This document shows, piece by piece, positions 9,125 to 17,447 of a stretch of 32,000 nucleotides of DNA. The stretch spans positions 64,490 through 96,489 of the forward strand of contig NQJD01000008.1 in the NCBI GenBank assembly GCA_004284765.1. Reading direction: 5' to 3'. The DNA comes from Candidatus Electronema aureum (GTDB lineage: Bacteria > Desulfobacterota > Desulfobulbia > Desulfobulbales > Desulfobulbaceae). The number at the start of each line of letters is the position of its first letter. Position 1 is the first letter of the stretch. Both the position numbers and the translations under genes were made by a program. Below the pieces are notes generated by a model, which saw only the letters and a program-made list of their open reading frames with translations, ran no database searches and was not told where the DNA came from.

Positions 9125-11650
9125 CTACGCCTCCCTCACCCCCGCCTTCACAATCCTTACCAACTCCGCCTGCTCGTCCTTCAAGCCAAAGACCGCTGCC
9201 AGCACATCCCTTGGCCCGACACCCGCTTCAGCGCAGGGATGATAGAGATCAAGCAGCAGCCTGCCGCCTTCGCCCAGCTTTAGCTTCCTGACGAACTCCT
9301 TCAGATCAAACTCACGGCTTTTGCCCTTGCGGCGGCGTGCCAGCAAGAAGCGTTCCGCGACCTGAAAGGCGGCGATGCTGTCTCTTGCCTGCTCGGCATC
9401 CACGCCGTCCGGCAGCAGGCAGTCATAGCTGATGATCTCGTTGACCGGGGCCTTTTTCTTGGCAAAAGCAAGGGCAGTGATGGCCATGAAGCTCGGCAGC
9501 TGGCGGTTCAGCTCGGCCAGCATCTCTGCCGGGCGGCGGATGGGTTCAGCGAGATCAACCTCGAAGAACTCGATCTCGCTTTCCACTCCAACCGGCAAGG
9601 CCGGGCTGAAGGAGACCTTGGGCGTGGGATTGAAGCCCTGCGAGAAGAGCACCGGCAGCCCGGCTCGCTGCAAGGCGCGGAAGACGAGGTTGAGCAGCTC
9701 CAGATGACCAATGAAGCGGCCATCGCCAAGGCGGGAGTAATCGGCGCGATAGCGGAAAATGGTCGGCTGACTGTTCTTGTCGCGCTCTTGCTTATGAACC
9801 GCAGGCGCGGCGCTTGCTGCTGCCTCCTTTGGCGGATTGACCAACGGCCTGATGCTCTTGAAATCACAGAGGCCGCAGTTCTGGCAACCTTGGTTGCGGC
9901 AGTCCGGGGTATAGGCGCGCTCTATGGCCCGCTCGTATTCGCGCTCCAAGAAACCGCGGTCAACACCGCTGCTGAGGTGATCCCAGGGCAGGACTTCGCT
10001 GCGGTCGCGCTGGCGCAGGTAGAATTCGAGGTCAATGCCCGCCCGTTCCGCCGCCTGCTGCCAGCGGGCCAGCGAGAAATGCTCGTTCCAGCCGTCGAGC
10101 CGCGCTCCGTCCCGCCATGCCTCTTCCAATAAACGCGAGAGCCTGCGGTCGCCGCGCGAGAACACGCCTTCGAGCAGGCATTGCTCCGGGTCATGCCACT
10201 TCAGTTTGTAGCCCTTGGGCGGCAGCTTCTTCATCAGCCGCTGGATGCGCTCTTTCGACTCATCGAGCGAAATCTGGCCGCACCACTGGAACGGCGTGTG
10301 CGGCTTTGGCACAAATGTGGAGACGGCCACATTGATGTCCGCCTTCTTGCCGCTCGCCTCACGCCGCGCCCGCGCCGCCAAGTCAACTATCGCGTCCACA
10401 TCCTCCAGCGTCTCGGTGGGCAGGCCGATCATGAAATAAAACTTGAGCACGCTCCAGCCTGCATTGAAGGCATCACGGCAGCCAGCGAGCAAGTCGGCCT
10501 CGGTGATGCCCTTGTTGATCACCTCGCGCAGCCGATCAGTGCCTGCTTCCGGCGCGACCGTGAAGCCGGTCTTGCGCACACGCCTGATCTGGGCGATGAC
10601 CTCCGGCGTGAGCGTGCCAACGCGCATCGAGGGAAGGGAGATAGAAACGCGCTCCTCGGCAAAGCGGTCCATCAGCTTGGTCAGCAGCTCCGGCAGGCAG
10701 GAGTAGTCGCCAGTGGAGAGCGAGAGCAGGGCCAGCTCGCCAAAGCCGGAGTTCTGAATGCCCTGCTCGGCCAGCTGCATCACCTGCTCGACCGTGCGTT
10801 CGCGCACCGGGCGGTAGATCATCCCGGCCTGGCAGAAGCGGCAGCCGCGTGTGCAGCCCCGCGCAATCTCCACGCCGAGGCGGTCATGCACCGGCTTGAC
10901 CATCGGCACGAGTGGGCGTTCGAGCAGCTCGGTCGGCGGCAGTTGGGAAACAATGCGGCGGCGGATTGTTGCATAGCCCGGCTTGAGCGGGAGGACAGCC
11001 TTGAGCTGCTGGCCTTCATACTGTGGCGTAAAGAACGCAGGCACGTACACGCCCTCGATCGCCGCCAGCCGATGCAGCTTTGCGCTGCGGGACAAGCCTT
11101 CCTGCTTGGCAGCACGCAAGGCAGCGGCGATCTCCAGAATCACCTCCTCGCCGTCGCCCAAGACAATGGCATCGAAGAAGTCGGCCAGCGGCTCCGGGTT
11201 CATCGAGCAGGAGCCGCCGCCGATGACCAAGGGCGCGTCCTCGCCGCGCTCTGCCGCCCGCAGCGGAATTTGCGCCAGATCAAGCACGGTGAGGATGTTG
11301 CTGAAGCACAGCTCATAGGGCAGCGTGAAGCCGATGACATCGAAGGCCGCCAAGGGCCGCCGCGACTCCAGCGAGAAGAGCGGCAGCTTGTGGCGGCGGA
11401 GCTGCTCCTCCATGTCCGTGTCCGGGCAAAAGCAGCGTTCAGCAGCCAAGCCAGGCTCGCGGTTGAGGATATGATAGAGTATCTGCAAGCCTTGGTGCGA
11501 CGTGCCGATCTCGTACAAGTCCGGGAAGATGAGCGCGAAGGCGAGATCAACCGCCGCGTAATCAGGCCGCGCCGCGTGCAGCTCGCCGCCGATGTAGCGG
11601 CCCGGCTTGCGCACCAAGGGAAGGATGGAGTCGAGGGAGAGTGTATTCAT
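9125..11650 (-). CDS. B12-binding-domain radical SAM protein (TIGR03960-like) fused to a radical-SAM-linked DUF2344/TIGR03936-like domain
   Basis: N-terminus is LPLVRKPGRYIGGE. The CxxxCxxC motif is GCTRGCRFCQAG. The C-terminal part contains GRFIGHLELLNLVFRALQRAGLPVLFSQGFNPTPK. Confidence 0.88.
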   Translation of the reverse strand: MNTLSLDSILPLVRKPGRYIGGELHAARPDYAAVDLAFALIFPDLYEIGTSHQGLQILYHILNREPGLAAERCFCPDTDMEEQLRRHKLPLFSLESRRPLAAFDVIGFTLPYELCFSNILTVLDLAQIPLRAAERGEDAPLVIGGGSCSMNPEPLADFFDAIVLGDGEEVILEIAAALRAAKQEGLSRSAKLHRLAAIEGVYVPAFFTPQYEGQQLKAVLPLKPGYATIRRRIVSQLPPTELLERPLVPMVKPVHDRLGVEIARGCTRGCRFCQAGMIYRPVRERTVEQVMQLAEQGIQNSGFGELALLSLSTGDYSCLPELLTKLMDRFAEERVSISLPSMRVGTLTPEVIAQIRRVRKTGFTVAPEAGTDRLREVINKGITEADLLAGCRDAFNAGWSVLKFYFMIGLPTETLEDVDAIVDLAARARREASGKKADINVAVSTFVPKPHTPFQWCGQISLDESKERIQRLMKKLPPKGYKLKWHDPEQCLLEGVFSRGDRRLSRLLEEAWRDGARLDGWNEHFSLARWQQAAERAGIDLEFYLRQRDRSEVLPWDHLSSGVDRGFLEREYERAIERAYTPDCRNQGCQNCGLCDFKSIRPLVNPPKEAAASAAPAVHKQERDKNSQPTIFRYRADYSRLGDGRFIGHLELLNLVFRALQRAGLPVLFSQGFNPTPKVSFSPALPVGVESEIEFFEVDLAEPIRRPAEMLAELNRQLPSFMAITALAFAKKKAPVNEIISYDCLLPDGVDAEQARDSIAAFQVAERFLLARRRKGKSREFDLKEFVRKLKLGEGGRLLLDLYHPCAEAGVGPRDVLAAVFGLKDEQAELVRIVKAGVREA

Positions 11651-11712
11651 GTCGTGTTATGTGAAAGCAGCCTGTGACCTTTTCTGGTTCTCCAGATAAA
11701 AGGCCGATAAGA

Positions 11713-12273
11713 TTAAGGCAAGGTGTTCGCAGGATGCTTGACGTGGATCAGCTTGGTGGTGTCAAAGCCGCGCTGCCGCGCCTGCTCAATGAAACGGGCC
11801 AGCAGCTCCGGCTCCACGGTCGGCGTGCGCGCGAGCAGCCAGAGATAGGAGTGATCCGGGCCGGAGACAAAGGCGTATTGATAGTTCTCCTTGTCCAGCT
11901 CGAAGATGACGTAGGAGCCGTAGAACGGGCCGAAGAAGGAGACCTTCAGATAGCCGGTGCCCGGCTCATCGACAAAGAACGCCTTGCCTTCCGCCTCCTT
12001 CCATTCCCCTTTGGCCGTGAGGAAGCCGCGATTCCTGACCGCCACGCCGCCGCCGTCGCGTAACGAGTATTCAGCGGTAACGCGCTCCATGCCCCGCTCA
12101 AACGAGTGATCCAGCCGGGCGATCTCGTACCATTTGCCCAAGTAGCGGCTGAGTTCAAAGCCGCTCACCGGGCTGACATTCTTCGGCATCCCAAGGCAGC
12201 CGCCGAGCGTCAGGGCGGCAAGCAGGGAAAGGCATCTGCGCAGGTTCATTGGTTTCATCGGTGCTTGTCTCAT
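11713..12273 (-). CDS. blc: Outer-membrane lipocalin lipoprotein Blc
   Basis: Lipobox LTLGGC. Lipocalin signature YLGKWYEIARLDHSFERG, then YLKVSFFGPFYGSYVIFELD. The true start may be the internal MKPMNL at 12258. Confidence 0.88.
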   Translation of the reverse strand: MRQAPMKPMNLRRCLSLLAALTLGGCLGMPKNVSPVSGFELSRYLGKWYEIARLDHSFERGMERVTAEYSLRDGGGVAVRNRGFLTAKGEWKEAEGKAFFVDEPGTGYLKVSFFGPFYGSYVIFELDKENYQYAFVSGPDHSYLWLLARTPTVEPELLARFIEQARQRGFDTTKLIHVKHPANTLP

Positions 12274-12313
12274 TGTTTGCCAGTTATAATGTCTGCCTGA
12301 CCCGAATGCGCCT

Positions 12314-12535
12314 TCACTTCCTTGTCAAAGGGTGCTGCAACTTCTCCATCTGATAAAGAATCTGCAAGCCTTGGTGCGATATGCCGATTTCGTACAAATC
12401 CGGGAAGATGAGCGCGAAGGCGAGATCAACTGTCGCGTAGTCAGGACGCGCCGCGTGCAGCTCGCCGCCGATGTAGCGGCCCGGCTTGCGCACCAAGGGG
12501 AGGATGGAGTCTAAGGAAAGGGCGGTGTTCATCAA
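12314..12535 (-). pseudogene. Duplicated 5' fragment of the radical SAM gene (first ~59 codons)
   Basis: 12351-12532 aligns with 11472-11650 at roughly 90% nt identity by eye, with one 3-nt indel. The ORF leaves homology after QGLQILY and stops after 73 codons. Confidence 0.7.
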
Positions 12536-12644
12536 GTGTCCTTGACAGTGGGAGCGGCGGAACGCGCCATGCGGCCTGCCTGTTGAGAGATGTCACCTCT
12601 CCTATACGGTGGAGAAAAGCAAGCAGAACAGCAGGGAAAATTGG

Positions 12645-14126
12645 CTACTCGTAACGGGCGGCCCAAATATCGTACTCGCTGATATCACGACCAAACATAT
12701 TGGGGCGGAAATCGTCAGTTTGGAGCCAGATGGCAAGAGCATTGCCCGCCGCATCAATCGCGATCTGAGGAACTTCCGCATTGTCTGCGTCGGTCGTGAT
12801 GGACTGGGCCTTCTCCCAGCCGCTGCCAAGGACATATCGACTGGCCCGGATATTGCAACCATTAACGACAATACCAGTTGGCTTGCTGCTGCACTGGCTC
12901 CAAACAGCAAGGGCATTGCCTGCTCTGTCGAAAGCGATCTTGGGATGATACGCATGGTTCATGGCAGCACCGGTTTCGATGCGCTGGGCCTTCTGCCAGC
13001 CGACATCTGCTGTGTAACGGTTGAACCAGAGGTTGGTCCGGTCGGCATCACGCTGACACTCGGACCAGACAGCAAGGCCATTGCCCGCTCCATCGAAGGC
13101 GACCTCAGGAGGTTCCGCACAGCCTGGTGCGCCGTTATTGATGCGCTGGGCTTTCTGCCAGCCGTTGCCTGCCACATAACGGTTGCTCCAGATATTATCC
13201 TCATGCCCGTTGTCGCGTTGCTGCCAAACAACAAGGGCGTTGCCAGCTTCATCCACAGCAATCTCGTGATTCGGACTTGCATTCTTCTTGATGATCTGTG
13301 CCTTCTGCCAGCCCTTGCCGACCTCATAGCGGTTAGACCAGAGATTTGTACACGTGGGATCTTCATCTTTCCCCCAGACGGCAATGGCGTTGCCTTTTTT
13401 GTCCATTGCAACTTTGAGAAGTTTTGGATGGACATTGACACCTATAACATCAGTGCCCCCAGCATCGGTCGCTATAAATTGGATATCACCCCAGCTTTTG
13501 CCTGACATGTAGTATTTAGCTATAATATTTCCTTCTAAAGTCCAAGCAACAACAACATTGCCTGCTTTATTCATTGCAATCCTGAGATCGGATACAGAAT
13601 TAGCATTTTTAGAATTGAATAAACCGTTAAAGAGGCTGGTCTCCTTGATTACCTGTGCCTCCTGCCAGTCTTTACCAGACTCGTAGCGATCAGTCCATAT
13701 TTTGCCACTCCGACTCGAAGCAACAATGGCATTTCCACGTCCATCAATTGCAACATTGGAATGGTATATGTCGTTGATTTGAATTGACCGAGCTGTTCCC
13801 CAGCCTCTGCCGGCCTTGTAACTATTGATCCACATATTTCTGCGGTCGTTGTCACTCTTCCACATATTTCCGCTGTTGTTGTCACTCTGATTCCAGAAAA
13901 CAATGACATCACCAGCCTCGTTGAACGAAACTTCGAGACTGTACTTTTCGGCATCATCACCAGCTTTGATATGTTTAGGAGCATGCCATGTCTTTTTATT
14001 CGCCGGTGCTGCCGGGGTGGTGCGGTCGAGCACATCAGCGGCACCGCCTGCTGGAACAGCAAGGCAGAGAGACGCAAGGATGGCCTTGCTGACAACGGTT
14101 CGGGCAAAGAAGGAGTTACGTCTCAT
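12645..14126 (-). CDS. Secreted protein with eight tandem ~45-60 aa repeats (propeller-like), family not recognised
   Basis: Signal peptide (AILASLCLAVPAGGAA). The recurring unit is p.IA.D..GNA.AVW....(variable)..W..RY..G.GW.KAQ.I, seen eight times. Confidence 0.75.
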   Translation of the reverse strand: MRRNSFFARTVVSKAILASLCLAVPAGGAADVLDRTTPAAPANKKTWHAPKHIKAGDDAEKYSLEVSFNEAGDVIVFWNQSDNNSGNMWKSDNDRRNMWINSYKAGRGWGTARSIQINDIYHSNVAIDGRGNAIVASSRSGKIWTDRYESGKDWQEAQVIKETSLFNGLFNSKNANSVSDLRIAMNKAGNVVVAWTLEGNIIAKYYMSGKSWGDIQFIATDAGGTDVIGVNVHPKLLKVAMDKKGNAIAVWGKDEDPTCTNLWSNRYEVGKGWQKAQIIKKNASPNHEIAVDEAGNALVVWQQRDNGHEDNIWSNRYVAGNGWQKAQRINNGAPGCAEPPEVAFDGAGNGLAVWSECQRDADRTNLWFNRYTADVGWQKAQRIETGAAMNHAYHPKIAFDRAGNALAVWSQCSSKPTGIVVNGCNIRASRYVLGSGWEKAQSITTDADNAEVPQIAIDAAGNALAIWLQTDDFRPNMFGRDISEYDIWAARYE

Positions 14127-14267
14127 CGCGTCACCTCAGGTGATAATTTTCAGCGGCACCGCCTGCTGGAACAGCAAGGCAGAGAGACGCAAGGATGGCC
14201 TTGCTGACAACGGTTCGGGCAAAGAAGGAGTTACGTCTCATCGCGTCACCTCAGGTGATAATTTTCA
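14036..14267. repeat. Perfect 115-bp tandem direct duplication (2 copies plus 2 nt) covering the SD, ATG and first 30 codons of the repeat-protein gene
   Basis: 14036-14150 is identical to 14151-14265 when read base by base. The following 'ca' also matches the start of the repeat. Confidence 0.9.
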
Positions 14268-14371
14268 AGAAGAAGTAAAATATATTATCAGAATATTGGC
14301 TCGGTGCGTGTCTTGTCAAGCATGTTATAGACGTTTATGGATGTGCGCTTCGCCTGTGCTCGCTCCAAAAC

Positions 14372-14516
14372 ACAGGTTAAGCTCCTGCTCTGGACAGGCT
14401 ATGCACAGAGGGAGCATAACGTTATGCTCCTGCCGAGCTTAACCTGTCTACAGCACGAGCATAGGCTATGGTTTGCGCCTGCCATAGCCTATGCTCTTTA
14501 ATCACCATAGCCTATG
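14372..14516. promoter_or_regulatory. Cluster of nested palindromes in a divergent intergenic region (candidate operator array or structured RNA)
   Basis: A 13-bp inverted repeat (14372-14384 with 14435-14447) encloses a perfect 20-bp palindrome, ggagcataacgttatgctcc (14411-14430). A perfect 15-bp inverted repeat, gagcataggctatgg (14457-14471), pairs with 14482-14496. A third half-site, ccatagcctatg, lies at 14505-14516. Confidence 0.4.
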
Positions 14517-14583
14517 TTCTGGCAAAGGCATGGGGCATCCTCTGGCAAAAATGCTCTGCGCTCCAGCATTGTTGACAATTCCA

Positions 14584-14612
14584 TTGACAAGACCGCAGCA
14601 CCGTTTTAATCT
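14584..14612 (+). promoter_or_regulatory. Candidate sigma70 promoter for the HU-like gene (TTGACA-17-TAATCT)
   Basis: ttgaca at 14584-14589, a 17-nt spacer, taatct at 14607-14612. AGGAGA lies about 8 nt before the ATG at 14670. Confidence 0.35.
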
Positions 14613-14669
14613 GCGGGAAAGCGGCAGCATCCTCCCTCCTTATCCCACCTTTCTTACAGGAGAACCAGC

Positions 14670-15746
14670 ATGACAACCATTCAATGGCGGCCCCAAGTCA
14701 ATGCCCTCACCAAGCCCCAATCCTACCGCCCGCAAGTGGTGCCGCGCGGCACATCCGGCTACGACAAGATGGCTGTCGACATCTCGACTGCTCATCCGGT
14801 GTATAACGCTGACCTGATTCGCTCGGTCGCGCCGCTGATCATGGACTGGATACAGCAGGAGCTGATCAGCGGCTTGCAGGTGACGCTGGAGGATGCCTTC
14901 ACCTTTCATCCCTCGATGACTGGAAAAATGGCCGGGCCGGATGACCCGCTGCCGAATGCCAATGAGCTGCTGCAAGTCAATGTGTACGCCGCCCGCGCCT
15001 TTGTCCAAGCTGTCCGCCAAAAGGCCAAGCTGGAGCGGCTGCCGATGAATGAGAAGCTGCCGCAGGTCACGTCAAGCGAAGACACCAAGCTCAAGCTGGC
15101 CGATGTCCTCAACCCGAACGGCGTGCTGCGCCTGACCGGCAGCAATCTCTGGTTTGATGAGAACGACCCGGACAGCGGCTGCACCATCAGCGGCACCCAG
15201 AGCGGCGTGAAAAAGCAGAGCACCTTCGCCTCAGTCTCCAACAGCGAGATACTGCTGGTGCCGGACATCCCGGCTCAGGCCCATCCGTGGAACAACGAAT
15301 GCGCCTTGAGCCTCACCACCCAATATACCGCGCACGGCACACCGCGCACCGGCATCTACCGCAGGCGGCTGCGCAGCCCGCTCACTGCGACGAAGATGGG
15401 CCACCCTAATCCGCCGGAGACCGGTATTCTTAGTGGCAATGGAGCCAGCCCCTTGGTCAGCATCAAGGGAGGGACGGTCTCGACAGACGAGCGGCTGCGC
15501 ATTCAGGCGGTTCTTGACGTGCAGGCAGACCGGCTGCTCTTCAGCTTGCTGGATATGAAGGAAAATGGCGCGGCAGGAGCAGAGGTGCCTGTGGCTGCGA
15601 ACGGGAGCTTCACCCTGCAAGGCTTCAGCGGCTCGGCAGTCAGCAGTTTGACGATCAGCGTGAATGACTATGCCAGCCTGAAGAAGCTGGTTCACGATCA
15701 GTACAGCGGCAGGCTGGTTGATATACTGGATGTGAAGGTGGCGTGA
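14670..15746 (+). CDS. HU-HIG-like N-terminal domain + DUF4469-like (Ig-like) domain protein, putative DNA-binding
   Basis: The N-terminus (NALTKPQSYRPQVVPRGTSGYDKMAVDI...LISGLQVTLEDAFTFHPSMTGKM) follows the HU-HIG pattern known from Bacteroidota. The middle segment LRLTGSNLWFDENDPDSGC resembles DUF4469. Assignment is from memory of the family pattern. Confidence 0.7.
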   Translation: MTTIQWRPQVNALTKPQSYRPQVVPRGTSGYDKMAVDISTAHPVYNADLIRSVAPLIMDWIQQELISGLQVTLEDAFTFHPSMTGKMAGPDDPLPNANELLQVNVYAARAFVQAVRQKAKLERLPMNEKLPQVTSSEDTKLKLADVLNPNGVLRLTGSNLWFDENDPDSGCTISGTQSGVKKQSTFASVSNSEILLVPDIPAQAHPWNNECALSLTTQYTAHGTPRTGIYRRRLRSPLTATKMGHPNPPETGILSGNGASPLVSIKGGTVSTDERLRIQAVLDVQADRLLFSLLDMKENGAAGAEVPVAANGSFTLQGFSGSAVSSLTISVNDYASLKKLVHDQYSGRLVDILDVKVA

Positions 15747-15929
15747 AGGATGCCGCGACTCCAGCGGGAAGAGCGGCCTGGCTTGCGCACCAAAGGCAGG
15801 GCGAACACAGGGTATCGCGGCTGCGCTCCTGCGGAGGATAACACTATCTTCCGGCAACGTGATGGTTAAACACGACAAGTCGTATCCCTATCCCTGCCCT
15901 AAGCCTGTCAGGTTGAAAGGGTGTCAAGG

Positions 15930-16706
15930 TCATGTTTGTTTGAACTGAGCCAAGGCCGCCTTGAGCATCTCCGCTGTGCCTTCATGTCCTGCGCTGGCAG
16001 CAATAAATCCGCCACGCTGTTGCACTAACTCTATCACCAGCTGCGATGCGCTTCGTAGCGTTAAAGGAAACACGGCATTTCGCAGCAAGGTCAAGTCATC
16101 ATCTGTATCACCTGCGGCGCATCGAATGTAATGGGTTTGCCCAAATGCTGCTTGAAAGGCTGCGTATTTATCCCCAAGTTTAGGGATAAGAGCTATCTTG
16201 CGCCTTCCAGCAATGATCCTGAACTGTTTACCTATAATAGTTGGCAGTTCTGCAATAAAAGCTGCTGCAAACTGTTGTTCTTTGACAGAGTAGAGTAGAA
16301 CAGACTGATGGCTTCCTTGATAATATTCTGTGTCAATCGCCAAATTGTGCTGTCGAACTATTTCTTTGATCTGAGCATGAGCAGAAGCAAGATTAACTTC
16401 GGATAATACTCTTTCATTCCAAGCAGGACAGCCGTCAATACGTGTTCCGTGTTCCAATATCCAGCCAGTAATCCGTAAACCAGCAGTAGCAAAATGCGCT
16501 CGAAAATCAGCAGTTGTTGTCATAGACCTGCCTGTTGCAACATAGAGATCGGTTAATTCTGCCAATTCAAGCAGTAGTTCAATGACACGGTAGTCTATGA
16601 CCGAATCAGTTGTCCGACCCCGGATAGGTAAACCATCTGGCAGCGGACTATTATGATTTAGAGTTCCATCAAGATCAAAGACAAAAGCTGCTTTTCTTCT
16701 TTCCAT
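15930..16706 (-). CDS. HAD-superfamily (IIB/Cof-like) phosphatase
   Basis: Motif I FVFDLDGTL, motif II YVATGRS, motif IV AAGDTDDDLTLL. The start lies 3 nt after the stop of the upstream HAD gene. Confidence 0.8.
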   Translation of the reverse strand: MERRKAAFVFDLDGTLNHNSPLPDGLPIRGRTTDSVIDYRVIELLLELAELTDLYVATGRSMTTTADFRAHFATAGLRITGWILEHGTRIDGCPAWNERVLSEVNLASAHAQIKEIVRQHNLAIDTEYYQGSHQSVLLYSVKEQQFAAAFIAELPTIIGKQFRIIAGRRKIALIPKLGDKYAAFQAAFGQTHYIRCAAGDTDDDLTLLRNAVFPLTLRSASQLVIELVQQRGGFIAASAGHEGTAEMLKAALAQFKQT

Positions 16707-16709
16707 CTT

Positions 16710-17447
16710 TTAGCTATGATGATCTGCTAATTTGGCATAAGCCCAGCGCAACATATCCTCTGCTGCTGCATGAGCAGTGAAAGGTGAGCAGTAACCGTTT
16801 TTTCCTTTTACAATCTCTTGTATTTCAGGACAGGCCGTACTCAGCGTAACTGAATGCGTGCTTTTCTGTAGCAGCTGCATATCGTTGAGATCGTTTCCTA
16901 AGGAAATGTATGGCTCGACATTGAACTGGGCAAGACCAAGCATCTTGTCAGGCATCTGAGGATAGATAAAAATCTTCGGGTGCTGATGACAAACATAACC
17001 GTTCTCTTGCGTTTCCTTTAACAGTTGCTGAACAAGAGCTGCTGGATTTTCATATCTGTTTGGTAGGATAAACCCTACAGAGCTTTCATACCCCAGAATT
17101 GGTTCCCAATCGACAGGAACCTTGTCTGCAAATCGCCATTTTCTTTTGTGTTGGTTTGTACTGCTTATATCAGTTTTGACAATGAAACCATTCTCAAGTA
17201 CAAACCCGGCAAAGTGTACTTTTGTAAGCTGATTGGTTATTTTTTCAACGCTAAAGGCATTTCTCCCGGTTGCAATAAAAGTCGGTAGTCGCTGACTGAT
17301 TTCAGCCAGCAGCTCAACAGTTTTACCAGAAAGATAGCAATCCCTTGAACGCCCTTTGATGATGTAGGATTCCGGCTCATAATGCAGAAGCGTTCCATCA
17401 AGGTCAACAACAACTGCTTTGTCGGGATGGCCTTTGCGTATGTCCAT
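16710..17447 (-). CDS. HAD-superfamily (IIB/Cof-like) phosphatase
   Basis: Motif I VVVDLDGTLL, motif II FIATGRN, motif IV SLGNDLNDMQLL. The ATG directly abuts the stop of the upstream gene. Confidence 0.8.
   Translation of the reverse strand: MDIRKGHPDKAVVVDLDGTLLHYEPESYIIKGRSRDCYLSGKTVELLAEISQRLPTFIATGRNAFSVEKITNQLTKVHFAGFVLENGFIVKTDISSTNQHKRKWRFADKVPVDWEPILGYESSVGFILPNRYENPAALVQQLLKETQENGYVCHQHPKIFIYPQMPDKMLGLAQFNVEPYISLGNDLNDMQLLQKSTHSVTLSTACPEIQEIVKGKNGYCSPFTAHAAAEDMLRWAYAKLADHHS

Noticed and set aside
10181-11677. 498-aa ORF on the + strand
   Set aside because: It lies entirely antisense to the well-supported radical SAM gene. The product is Arg/Ala/Leu-rich with no motifs, typical of shadow ORFs in GC-rich coding DNA.
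12609-13505. 298-aa + strand ORF, plus the - strand ORFs at 12959-13441 and 13649-14107
   Set aside because: They overlap the eight-repeat secreted protein gene. Only that gene's frame shows a signal peptide and a coherent repeat structure.
14036-14267. CRISPR-like direct repeats
   Set aside because: There are only two contiguous 115-bp copies with no spacers. The repeat contains a gene start, so this is a tandem duplication.
14515-14560. Sigma54-like TGGCA motifs (ctggcaaaggcatgg, ctggcaaaaatgct)
   Set aside because: The GG-to-GC spacing is about 9 nt instead of the required 12 (-24/-12 geometry).
15231-15878. 215-aa - strand ORF
   Set aside because: It is antisense to the 3' half of the HU-like gene, whose frame is validated by its paralog at 1-619.
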